Of a stretch of 46,805 bases of DNA, positions 37,652-45,288 are shown piece after piece (the first letter of the stretch is position 1; the number at the start of each line of letters is the position of its first letter). The stretch comes from Betaproteobacteria bacterium RIFCSPLOWO2_12_FULL_64_23 (lineage in GTDB: Bacteria > Pseudomonadota > Gammaproteobacteria > Burkholderiales > SG8-39): contig MERK01000083.1 of NCBI GenBank assembly GCA_001770575.1, forward strand, positions 1 to 46,805. Direction: 5' to 3'. The notes beneath the pieces are model-generated. The model was given only the letters and a program-made list of their open reading frames with translations. It was not told the origin of the DNA and did not search any database. Both the position numbers and the translations under genes were made by a program.

Positions 37652-38800
37652 TCATGCCGCGCTCGCCTCGGGATGCAGCTTCTCGTAGGCCGCAGCCAGG
37701 TTGGGATCGCGGCGGCGGACCTCAGCGTGATTCACTCGACCGGTGCGCGTCATGTAACTGTACGCGAATTCCACCGGGTCCAACTTCATGTTTTCCCCCA
37801 TGCGCTCGTACCAGCGAGCGCTCACGTTGGCAGCATCCCAGATCTTCTTCATCGGGTGCAAGCGCAGCTCCCGAAAGCGGGCCAAGGCTTCGGGCACGCT
37901 GTGCTTCTCGCGGAAGGCCTTCCACAGGGCGATGGCGTCTTCCATGGCCAGGCGGGTGCCGGATCCGATGGAGAAATGGGCAGTACGAAGAGCGTCGCCA
38001 ACGAGCACCACATTGTCGAAACTCCAGCGCTCGTTCCAAATCATCGGGAAGTTGCGCCAGTGTGAGTTGTTGGAGAGGATCGGATGACCGCTCAAGTCTT
38101 TGGCGAAGACGCGCTCGCAATGTGCGATGGTACTCTCCGGGCTCATGTGCTCGAAATCGGCGCGCTTCCAAGTCTCCTCCTCGACTTCGACCAGGAAGGT
38201 GCTCCTGCTCGGGCTGTAGCGGTAGTGGTGAGCGCAGAAGACGCCGTGGTCGGTCTCGCGAAAGGTCAGGGAGAGGCTGTCGAAAACGCGGGAGGTGCCA
38301 TACCAAATGAACTTGTTCGGGCGCCAGTCGCAACTGGTGCCGAAGCGCAGCTCGTTCGCCTGCCGCAGAACGGGGGAGGCCCCGTTGGCGCAGACGATCA
38401 GGTCGGCGTCGCCGAGGCGCTCGCGGTCGGAAAACGATTCAATGGCTCTGTCGAATTCGATGCGCACGCCCAGCTGCTCCGCGTGGACGTAGAGCAGGGA
38501 CAGCAGTTGCAGGCGGCCGATGGCGGCGAAGCCGTTGCCGGTGATAGGGATGCGCGTGTCGTTGTGCACGATCGTCAGGTTGGGCCAGGTCTCCATGTGC
38601 GGCGAAAGCAGCAGGTACATGGCCTCGTCGTCGGCGCGCAGGAACTCCAGGGCACGGTCGGAGAAAACGACGCCGAAACCCCAGGTGGCGTCGCGCGGAC
38701 CGCGCTCGTAGATCACGACGTCGTGGGCGGGGTCATCCCGCTTCATCAGGGCAGCGAAACACAGCCCCGCCGGGCCACCGCCGATGATACGAATCTTCAT
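37652..38800 (-). CDS. FAD-dependent monooxygenase-family protein resembling the N-terminal domain of anthraniloyl-CoA monooxygenase/salicylyl-CoA 5-hydroxylase
   Basis: MKIRIIGGGPAGL, 'ATWGFGVVFSD', 'NKFIWYGT' and 'GDALRTAHFSIGSGTRLAMEDAI'. Confidence 0.85.
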   Translation of the reverse strand: MKIRIIGGGPAGLCFAALMKRDDPAHDVVIYERGPRDATWGFGVVFSDRALEFLRADDEAMYLLLSPHMETWPNLTIVHNDTRIPITGNGFAAIGRLQLLSLLYVHAEQLGVRIEFDRAIESFSDRERLGDADLIVCANGASPVLRQANELRFGTSCDWRPNKFIWYGTSRVFDSLSLTFRETDHGVFCAHHYRYSPSRSTFLVEVEEETWKRADFEHMSPESTIAHCERVFAKDLSGHPILSNNSHWRNFPMIWNERWSFDNVVLVGDALRTAHFSIGSGTRLAMEDAIALWKAFREKHSVPEALARFRELRLHPMKKIWDAANVSARWYERMGENMKLDPVEFAYSYMTRTGRVNHAEVRRRDPNLAAAYEKLHPEASAA

Positions 38801-38820
38801 TCCATTGCGGCCGTTGTCAT

Positions 38821-39099
38821 TATACGTGGCGACTTAAATTGCGCCCCCGCTGATGCAGAGTTTCGATGTTGCGCGGACGAGAAACCGTCCGCGCGGATCG
38901 TCGATCGCGCACGGATGAAAAGCACATCAGTGCGCGATCGACGATCTTGTACAAAAAACCACCCCGAACCGCTCTTGCTTTTATCCATAACCGCGTTTTC
39001 TGTACGGATGCGTTTTTTATCCGTACAGAAAACACGGTTGGCGCGCGGAGCGCGCAATGGCCGCTACTCGCCATGCGACGGCATTTAAGACGCCGTATA
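38821..39099. repeat. Multi-hairpin intergenic element, copy 3, with terminal inverted repeats
   Basis: Hairpins at 38871-38894, 38896-38946 and 38989-39039; ends GGCGACTTAAAT (38828-38839) and ATTTAAGACGCC (39083-39094), extended by TATACG/CGTATA. Confidence 0.85.
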
Positions 39100-39103
39100 T
39101 AGT

Positions 39104-40765
39104 TCAAGTAACCGTGCCACTCGTCTTCTCCCTCTCGATTTTCTCGGCGATCGCCTCCCGCAATTGCCGCTTTAGGATTTTGCCGACGGGGCTCACCGGA
39201 AATTCGCTTACCAGCTCCAGCCGCTCTGGCAGCTTGAAGCTGGCGATGTTCTGCTGTCTGAGAAAGGCGATCAGCTCTGCAAAATCCAGACTCTGCCCCT
39301 CCTTCGTTATGACGAAGGCGCAGGCCTTCTCGCCGAACACCGGGTCGGGCATGGCCACCAGGGTGACTGCCTTCACCTTCGGGTGGGCGAAGATGAGGTT
39401 CTCCACCTCCTCGCAGCTAATCTTCTCGCCGCCCCGGTTGATCAAGTCCTTCTTGCGACCCTCGGTGAAAACATAGCGGCCCTCCTTGCGTACGATGTCG
39501 CCCATGCGGTAGAAACCGTCCGCTGTGAACGCCTCGGCGTTCTTGTCCGGCGCCCGGTAATAGCCGCAGATGGTATAGGGGCCACGCGTGACGAGCTCGC
39601 CCTGGGTGCCGTCGGGGACTTCGTTGCCGGCGTCGTCGACGACCTTGATCTCATCGTCCTCGCACACCGGCATGCCCGAACTGTGCAGCAGATACTCATC
39701 CGAAGCGTCCAGCGGCACCATATTGATCAGGCCCTCGGCCGTGCCGTAATCCTCCTGCGGCAGGCAAGCAAAGCGGGCCCGCAGCCGGCTGCGCAACTCC
39801 GGCGCCAGACGGGCACCGCCGTTCTGGATTACCTTCAAGGACGAGAGATCGTAAGCGTCGGGCACCGGCGAATTCAGCCAGTTCGAGATCAAGGGGACGA
39901 CAGCGGCGATCGTCGTCACCTTCTCGCGTTCGACCAGGGAAAACACCTCCGCCGGGTCGCCCGAAGGCGCCAGCACAACCGTGCCACCATAGTAGAAGGT
40001 GCCAAGCATGCCCGGCGAAGCCAGATTGTAGTTGTGCCCCAGGGGCAGGATGGCCATGAATACCGTGTCCTCGCCGAATCCGGCGGCGCGGCCGCAGAGG
40101 CGGGCGTTGAGGACATAGTCGTCGTGGGTGCGCGGAATCAGCTTGGAGAGCGAGGTCGTACCGCCCGAGAGCAGCATGGTCGCCACTTCCGATGGATCCG
40201 GGCGCTGCGTCGACAGGGCCGCACGGACCGCTTCGGCCGGCATCTGCGCGGCAATCATCTCGCGCAGGTCCCGCTGACCCGCCGCGGGCTCGCCGGCCAC
40301 GAACACGGTGCGCAGGCCGCGCAGTTCGCTCTGGATTTCGCCGGCCATCTCCCGATAGTCGAAAGCGCCGATCCGATCCGGAATCACGTAGGCCGTCGCG
40401 CCGGACGCACGCACGAAGTGGCGGACTTCCGTATGCCGGTGCGCGCGCAGGGCCGTCACCGGAATGGCTCCGATGCGCGTCAGCGCGAAATAGGTATAAA
40501 CGAACTCGGGTCCGTTGGGCAGTTGCACCACGACGCGATCAAGCGGCGCAATGCCCGCTTCGAGGAAACGGCAGGCAAGCCGATCCGAAGTCTGCACAAT
40601 GTCGCGGTAGCTCAGGCGCTGGCCGGCGCAGACGAGGGCAGTCTTCTGCGGAGTGCGCTCGGCGCTGCGCGCCAACATCTGCGCAATGGTGATGCCTTGC
40701 CACCAACCGCGGGCGCGATAGCGTGCCGCCTGTTCGGCGGGCCAGAACACACAACCTTCGAGCAT
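39104..40765 (-). CDS. Aryl-acid adenylating ligase (DhbE/EntE/salicylate-CoA ligase-like)
   Basis: 'WP...AARYRARGWW', LSGGTTSLSKLIPRTHDDY, HNYNLASPG, GPYTICGYY and NRGGEKI; RBS AGGAGGAGG before ATG 40765. Confidence 0.88.
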   Translation of the reverse strand: MLEGCVFWPAEQAARYRARGWWQGITIAQMLARSAERTPQKTALVCAGQRLSYRDIVQTSDRLACRFLEAGIAPLDRVVVQLPNGPEFVYTYFALTRIGAIPVTALRAHRHTEVRHFVRASGATAYVIPDRIGAFDYREMAGEIQSELRGLRTVFVAGEPAAGQRDLREMIAAQMPAEAVRAALSTQRPDPSEVATMLLSGGTTSLSKLIPRTHDDYVLNARLCGRAAGFGEDTVFMAILPLGHNYNLASPGMLGTFYYGGTVVLAPSGDPAEVFSLVEREKVTTIAAVVPLISNWLNSPVPDAYDLSSLKVIQNGGARLAPELRSRLRARFACLPQEDYGTAEGLINMVPLDASDEYLLHSSGMPVCEDDEIKVVDDAGNEVPDGTQGELVTRGPYTICGYYRAPDKNAEAFTADGFYRMGDIVRKEGRYVFTEGRKKDLINRGGEKISCEEVENLIFAHPKVKAVTLVAMPDPVFGEKACAFVITKEGQSLDFAELIAFLRQQNIASFKLPERLELVSEFPVSPVGKILKRQLREAIAEKIEREKTSGTVT

Positions 40766-40852
40766 GGTCCTCCTCCTTGGCATTTGCGCGCGGGGTTCCC
40801 CCCCACCGGACCCTCCGGTGGCGACCCCGACGCCCACATCGTGACGCTCACT

Positions 40853-42304
40853 TTAGACCGAAACCTTTCTTGCCGTCACCATGTAGCTTGGCGCCGGAAC
40901 CTTCACCGTCGCCGTATTGGAGCGCGTACCCGGTGTGCCGGTCGCCGCGCACGGGCGCACGAAGTAGCGGTAGGTGCGCCCACCCAGCACGTCATTGTCG
41001 TTCCAGAAGGTAAGCTTCACCGCATCGATCATCTGCGGATCATCCTGCTCATCCGCGCGGTATATCTGGTAGGTGGTAGCGCCCAGGGCTTTGGACCATT
41101 TCAACTCGACCCTGGCTTCGGTGGGAATTGCCGTCAGGACGGTGTCAGCCTCCGCCCACCGGGGCGCCGGCACGGTCGGGTCGTCCTTGGGTGCCTGGTT
41201 GTCCCCCTGCGGCCACAGGGCGCAATTGACCATGCGGTGCGTGCCGTCCAGTGCCTTGCACACGTTGCAATAGTCGCATTGCACGATCCGGTCCGTTTCG
41301 CCCCTCTTCACCTTGAGTGGCCAGTCCGGATCGGCGAGCAGTCCGCGCGCGATGCCGACCATATCGACCATGCCGGTGCCGAGCACGCGCTCCGCGTCGC
41401 GCGGATCGTCGAGCTTGCCTGCCACCGCGACCGGGACAGGGTAGCCCTTGGACAGCAGGTGCGCCTTCACCTCGGCGGCGATGCCCACGTGCAGGGCGCG
41501 CGGCAGCCAGTCACCGGGCATGCAGCGATCGCCTGAATAGCCGCTGTAGGGAAACAGAACCTGCCCCGGCGTGTGCACCGCATCCTCGAATTTCCCGCCC
41601 GCCGAGAGCGATATGTAGTCGACGCCGAGTTCGGCGAGCCGAACCGCGATGCGCCTGGAATCGACTACTGTGTAACCGTTCTTGATGAACTCTTCGGCAT
41701 TGAATCGCACGCCCAGCGGGAAGTCATTTCCGGCCTTGCGCCGGACGCTTTCGATTACCCGCCCGATCAGCCGCAACCGCCCCTCGATGCTGTGGCCGCC
41801 GTAATCGTCGGTGCGCGGGTTGGCACGCGAGAGGAAAGAGGAAAGCGTATAGGCGTGCGCCGAGTGCAGTTCCGCGCCGTCGAAGCCGGCTTCACGCGCC
41901 CGCCGCACCGCGTCGCCGAATTGCTCCACGATCAGGTCGATGTCGGCGAGGGAGAGCATGTCGGTGGTCTGGCGCCAGCCGCTGCGCGCCACCTTTAGAA
42001 AATGAATAATTTGCGGAACGATTTTGGAGTCCGATGTCGCGTGGACTCTCCGCGCGAGTTCGCGCAGCCCGGAGATATACCTGTCTTCACTGATGCGCAG
42101 CAGCGGGCCGGACTTGACCTGGTGGATCGCCATTGCCTCTACCACGATCAGACCTGCGCCGCCGGCAGCGTAGCGCACGTAGCGGGCTATCGTATCTCCG
42201 GTGACAACGCCGTCTTCCTTGCACAAATGCGTCACCATGGCCGGCACCATGATCCGGTTCGAAATCGCCATGCCACCGATTTGCAGTGGCTCGAACATTT
42301 TCAT
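40853..42304 (-). CDS. NADH:flavin oxidoreductase (OYE) with a [4Fe-4S] motif and a C-terminal fibronectin-III-like domain
   Basis: AGFDGAELHSAHAY, RTDDYGG and CDYCNVC..C; the tail 'VELKWS..GATTYQIYR...D..VLGGRTYRYFVRP' is FN3-like. Confidence 0.8.
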   Translation of the reverse strand: MKMFEPLQIGGMAISNRIMVPAMVTHLCKEDGVVTGDTIARYVRYAAGGAGLIVVEAMAIHQVKSGPLLRISEDRYISGLRELARRVHATSDSKIVPQIIHFLKVARSGWRQTTDMLSLADIDLIVEQFGDAVRRAREAGFDGAELHSAHAYTLSSFLSRANPRTDDYGGHSIEGRLRLIGRVIESVRRKAGNDFPLGVRFNAEEFIKNGYTVVDSRRIAVRLAELGVDYISLSAGGKFEDAVHTPGQVLFPYSGYSGDRCMPGDWLPRALHVGIAAEVKAHLLSKGYPVPVAVAGKLDDPRDAERVLGTGMVDMVGIARGLLADPDWPLKVKRGETDRIVQCDYCNVCKALDGTHRMVNCALWPQGDNQAPKDDPTVPAPRWAEADTVLTAIPTEARVELKWSKALGATTYQIYRADEQDDPQMIDAVKLTFWNDNDVLGGRTYRYFVRPCAATGTPGTRSNTATVKVPAPSYMVTARKVSV

Positions 42305-43122
42305 TGCCTGCCTCCCGATTCGTAGGTTGCGACGGATTCCTGGAAGGAAACTATGCTGGCGATGTTAGGCTGCGGCAGCAGGCAGCCGATTACCACCCGC
42401 CCCACCCCATTCCTTGGTGCCATTGCGAGGAATTGCGCGACCCGCTTCGCTTCGGCGCGCCGCTCTGGCGTATCGGCCTGATTGAGGAACAATATAGTTT
42501 GCGCCTTGGCAGGGCAGCCGCGGACGAGACCCTCAGGGTGGATGAGGCAGCGCGCAAGCGATTCGGCGCTGACCGGGGCGCCGAGGGCGAGTCCGCTCAA
42601 TCTGGACCAGATGTTGGCGCGAAACAGCTTGTCCTCGCTCAGAGGCAGCCCCAGCCCGCTCAACCCGGCGACGATGATGAGGGCCTGCGTCGCCGAAGGC
42701 ATGACCGGCTCGTGTGCGGCAGGAGCCTTCAACGGCCTGCGCGCCGACCCGTCCGCTTCGACCAGTATTCGGTCGAAACGTCCGGCCTGCGCCAACGCAT
42801 CGACGAGTTCCGGCGCGAAACCGTTCAGCTTGCAACCATCGGCGTTCGCCTCGGAATAGGCGATCACCACGCCCGCACGTTCCGGTCCGTCCTCAGGGAG
42901 CAGTTGGCAGGCGTTGCTCAATACTTGCTCGGCGCTTATTGCCGAGAAAGCCAGCCGTCCCTGCGCCTCGTCGCGGGCAATCTTGGTCGTGGTAGTGACC
43001 AACACGCGCTCGCCCGCCTCGACGAATTCCCGCGCGAGACAGAATATCAATGTCGTCTTGCCGCCTGCCCCGCAAAGTGATATCAGGCGAGCTTGATCGA
43101 GACCTAGCGCCCGGACCAGCAT
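42301..43122 (-). CDS. yqeC: Selenium-dependent molybdenum hydroxylase accessory protein YqeC
   Basis: GAGGKTT, VLVTTTTKI and VEADGS.RRPLKAPAAHEPV. Confidence 0.9.
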   Translation of the reverse strand: MLVRALGLDQARLISLCGAGGKTTLIFCLAREFVEAGERVLVTTTTKIARDEAQGRLAFSAISAEQVLSNACQLLPEDGPERAGVVIAYSEANADGCKLNGFAPELVDALAQAGRFDRILVEADGSARRPLKAPAAHEPVMPSATQALIIVAGLSGLGLPLSEDKLFRANIWSRLSGLALGAPVSAESLARCLIHPEGLVRGCPAKAQTILFLNQADTPERRAEAKRVAQFLAMAPRNGVGRVVIGCLLPQPNIASIVSFQESVATYESGGRQ

Positions 43123-43124
43123 GG

Positions 43125-43958
43125 TTATTCTGCCGCGGAGGGCTTATTGCAATGGCGCATCACACCCTCGAGCACGGCACCTGCAATCGCCCGGGCTTTA
43201 TCGGAAATGGTGTCGCAATGTTCCTGTTTGCCGCGTGGATCGATATCCCCCAGCTTGAGTCCAGTGGTGACGGCGGTCCCCGACGGGATCAGACCGCGCA
43301 GCATTCCGTCCACCCGGGCGGTGACCGGATGGCCGGCGACCTGTCCGACGATGTCGTTCCTGTGGACCGTGTCGCCGATTGCGCGTTGCGATTTGAACGT
43401 TCCCGCGGCCGGGGCGCGCAGCACGCGCTCCTCGGTGTGGCCGGCGATGTCGCCCGGAATGCCCGTGTTCGGCGCGGCGCAGCCGGAAGCGATGATTCGG
43501 CCCAAATCATGTCCGCGATTGGTTTCTATCACCAGGTCGCAGTCCGCACCTGCGGTGAAGCCGGGACCGAGCGCAATGACCAGATTGGCTTCATCCTTGC
43601 GCGTGCCCAGATTGCGCTTTGCCAGAATCGCGTCGATTACTACATCGGGCGCGACGCCTTCGATCCGATCCCAGTCGGAGATACGGACAACCGCGATGGT
43701 CTGCGCCCTCCAGGCGGCTTCGATCTCGTCCCGATCGCGGGCCGCCACGGCGCGCACGCCTTCAACGACCGCTGCTCCCGATTCCAGTGCGGTGCAGAAC
43801 GATACCTGCCGGCGCACGCACAGCGGGTTGTCCAGGTCCAGCATGCAGATACGCCGCATATTGGCCATGTACAGGCGCCACGCGATGGCGCTCGCCATCT
43901 CGCCGGCGCTTTTCACAACGATGTACGGCGACAGCGGGATTTCCGTTCCCGTGGTCAT
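43125..43958 (-). CDS. yqeB: Selenium-dependent molybdenum cofactor maturation protein YqeB (EF2563 family)
   Basis: VRRQVSF, DAILAKRNLGT, LGPGFTAG, ETNRGHDLGR, NTGIPG, KLGDIDPR and ISDKARAIAG. Confidence 0.92.
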   Translation of the reverse strand: MTTGTEIPLSPYIVVKSAGEMASAIAWRLYMANMRRICMLDLDNPLCVRRQVSFCTALESGAAVVEGVRAVAARDRDEIEAAWRAQTIAVVRISDWDRIEGVAPDVVIDAILAKRNLGTRKDEANLVIALGPGFTAGADCDLVIETNRGHDLGRIIASGCAAPNTGIPGDIAGHTEERVLRAPAAGTFKSQRAIGDTVHRNDIVGQVAGHPVTARVDGMLRGLIPSGTAVTTGLKLGDIDPRGKQEHCDTISDKARAIAGAVLEGVMRHCNKPSAAE

Positions 43959-43968
43959 TGACCGCAAA

Positions 43969-45288
43969 CTACGCTTCGCGGATCAGGCGTTTCGCCTTGC
44001 CCTCGACACGGGGCAGGCTGCCGATCTCGCACACTTCCACCTCGGGTGTCACCGTAATGCGGTACTTGACGGCTTCAATCAGGAAGTCGCGGGCCTTGTT
44101 GAGCTGGGCTTCGGTCAAGAGTTCGTTGGCTGGCTCGACGCGGATTCTCAAATGCTTGCCGCTGCCCGGCGGCGGAACCACGAGCTGGTATTCCTGGGAG
44201 AATTCGTTCACTTCGTGGAGCAGGTGCTGGACTTGGCCGGGAAAAATATTGACCCCGGCGAAATGAAACATATCGTCGGAGCGGCCCAGTATCCCGCCGT
44301 CGAGCCGGAGATTGGTGCGCCCGCAGGCGCAGGTCGCGCGGTTGAAACGTACCAGATCGCGCGTGCGGTAGCGGATAAGCGGCGTGCTTACGCAGGAGAG
44401 GTTGGTGAGCACCAGTTCGCCGATCTCTCCGTCCGCGAGAGGCGCCAAGGTAGCTGGATCCAGGACCTCAGCCAGAAACATGGCCTCGACGACGTGCGTT
44501 CCCTTGTGCTTGATGCACTCGTAGCCAAAATTGCTGATCTCGGTGGAGCCGATATCGTCGAAGCATTCGGCGCCCCATTGGGACTCCATCGCCTTCTTGG
44601 TCGACGGAATGCTCGCGCCCGGCTCGCCGGCGGCCACCATCTTGCCAATGACCGAGCCGGGCAAGTCGATGCCGTTCTTGCGCGCCGTCTCCGCAAGATA
44701 GAGCAGGTAGGAAGGTGTGCCGCAGATCGCGGTCGCGCCCCAGTCGAGCGCGGAGCGCAGGCGGTCCCTGGAGCTCTGGCCCCCGCCCGGGATGATCATC
44801 AGGCCGGCTTTCTCCATCGCCGTCTGAAAGCCCCACCAGGCGAGGTACAGGCCGTAGTTGAAGGGCACGAACAGAACGTCGTCTTCGGTGAGGCCGTAGC
44901 CGCAGCGAAAATGCATGAACTGTTCGTAGAAGATCTCGTGCCAGTCCTTGCGGTTGAGCATGATCCGCACCGGCCGGCCGGTGGTGCCCGAGGTCTGAAA
45001 TACGCGCACCGCCTCCTTCGGCGTGATGCAGCTGAAATCGCCCCAGGGCGGATGGTTCGCCTGGCTCGATCGCAGCTCTTCCTTGTCGGTAAACGGAATC
45101 CGGCGCACATCCTCCATGGTGCGGATCTCATCGAGCCGGATGCCCGCCGCATCGAGCTTAGATCGGTAGAACGGGCTCCTTGCGTACACGTGTTCCAACT
45201 GCTCGCGCAGCTTCTGCAGCTGGTGCTGCTCAAGCTCGGGGCGCGGCATGCATTCGAGCCCCTGGTTCCAGTAGAAGACCTCGTTCAT
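43969..45288 (-). CDS. PaaK-family aryl/acyl-CoA ligase (divergent)
   Basis: TSGTTGRP, CGTPSY, GEPGAS, GSTE, RYRTRD and GRSDDM; substrate loop 'YGLYLAWWG' differs from PaaK 'YGLFTGGLG'. Confidence 0.85.
   Translation of the reverse strand: MNEVFYWNQGLECMPRPELEQHQLQKLREQLEHVYARSPFYRSKLDAAGIRLDEIRTMEDVRRIPFTDKEELRSSQANHPPWGDFSCITPKEAVRVFQTSGTTGRPVRIMLNRKDWHEIFYEQFMHFRCGYGLTEDDVLFVPFNYGLYLAWWGFQTAMEKAGLMIIPGGGQSSRDRLRSALDWGATAICGTPSYLLYLAETARKNGIDLPGSVIGKMVAAGEPGASIPSTKKAMESQWGAECFDDIGSTEISNFGYECIKHKGTHVVEAMFLAEVLDPATLAPLADGEIGELVLTNLSCVSTPLIRYRTRDLVRFNRATCACGRTNLRLDGGILGRSDDMFHFAGVNIFPGQVQHLLHEVNEFSQEYQLVVPPPGSGKHLRIRVEPANELLTEAQLNKARDFLIEAVKYRITVTPEVEVCEIGSLPRVEGKAKRLIREA

Noticed and set aside
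39104-40765. Siderophore (enterobactin/pyochelin) biosynthesis gene
   Set aside because: No carrier protein, NRPS, isochorismate genes or TonB receptor nearby; the catabolic context favours an aryl-CoA ligase.
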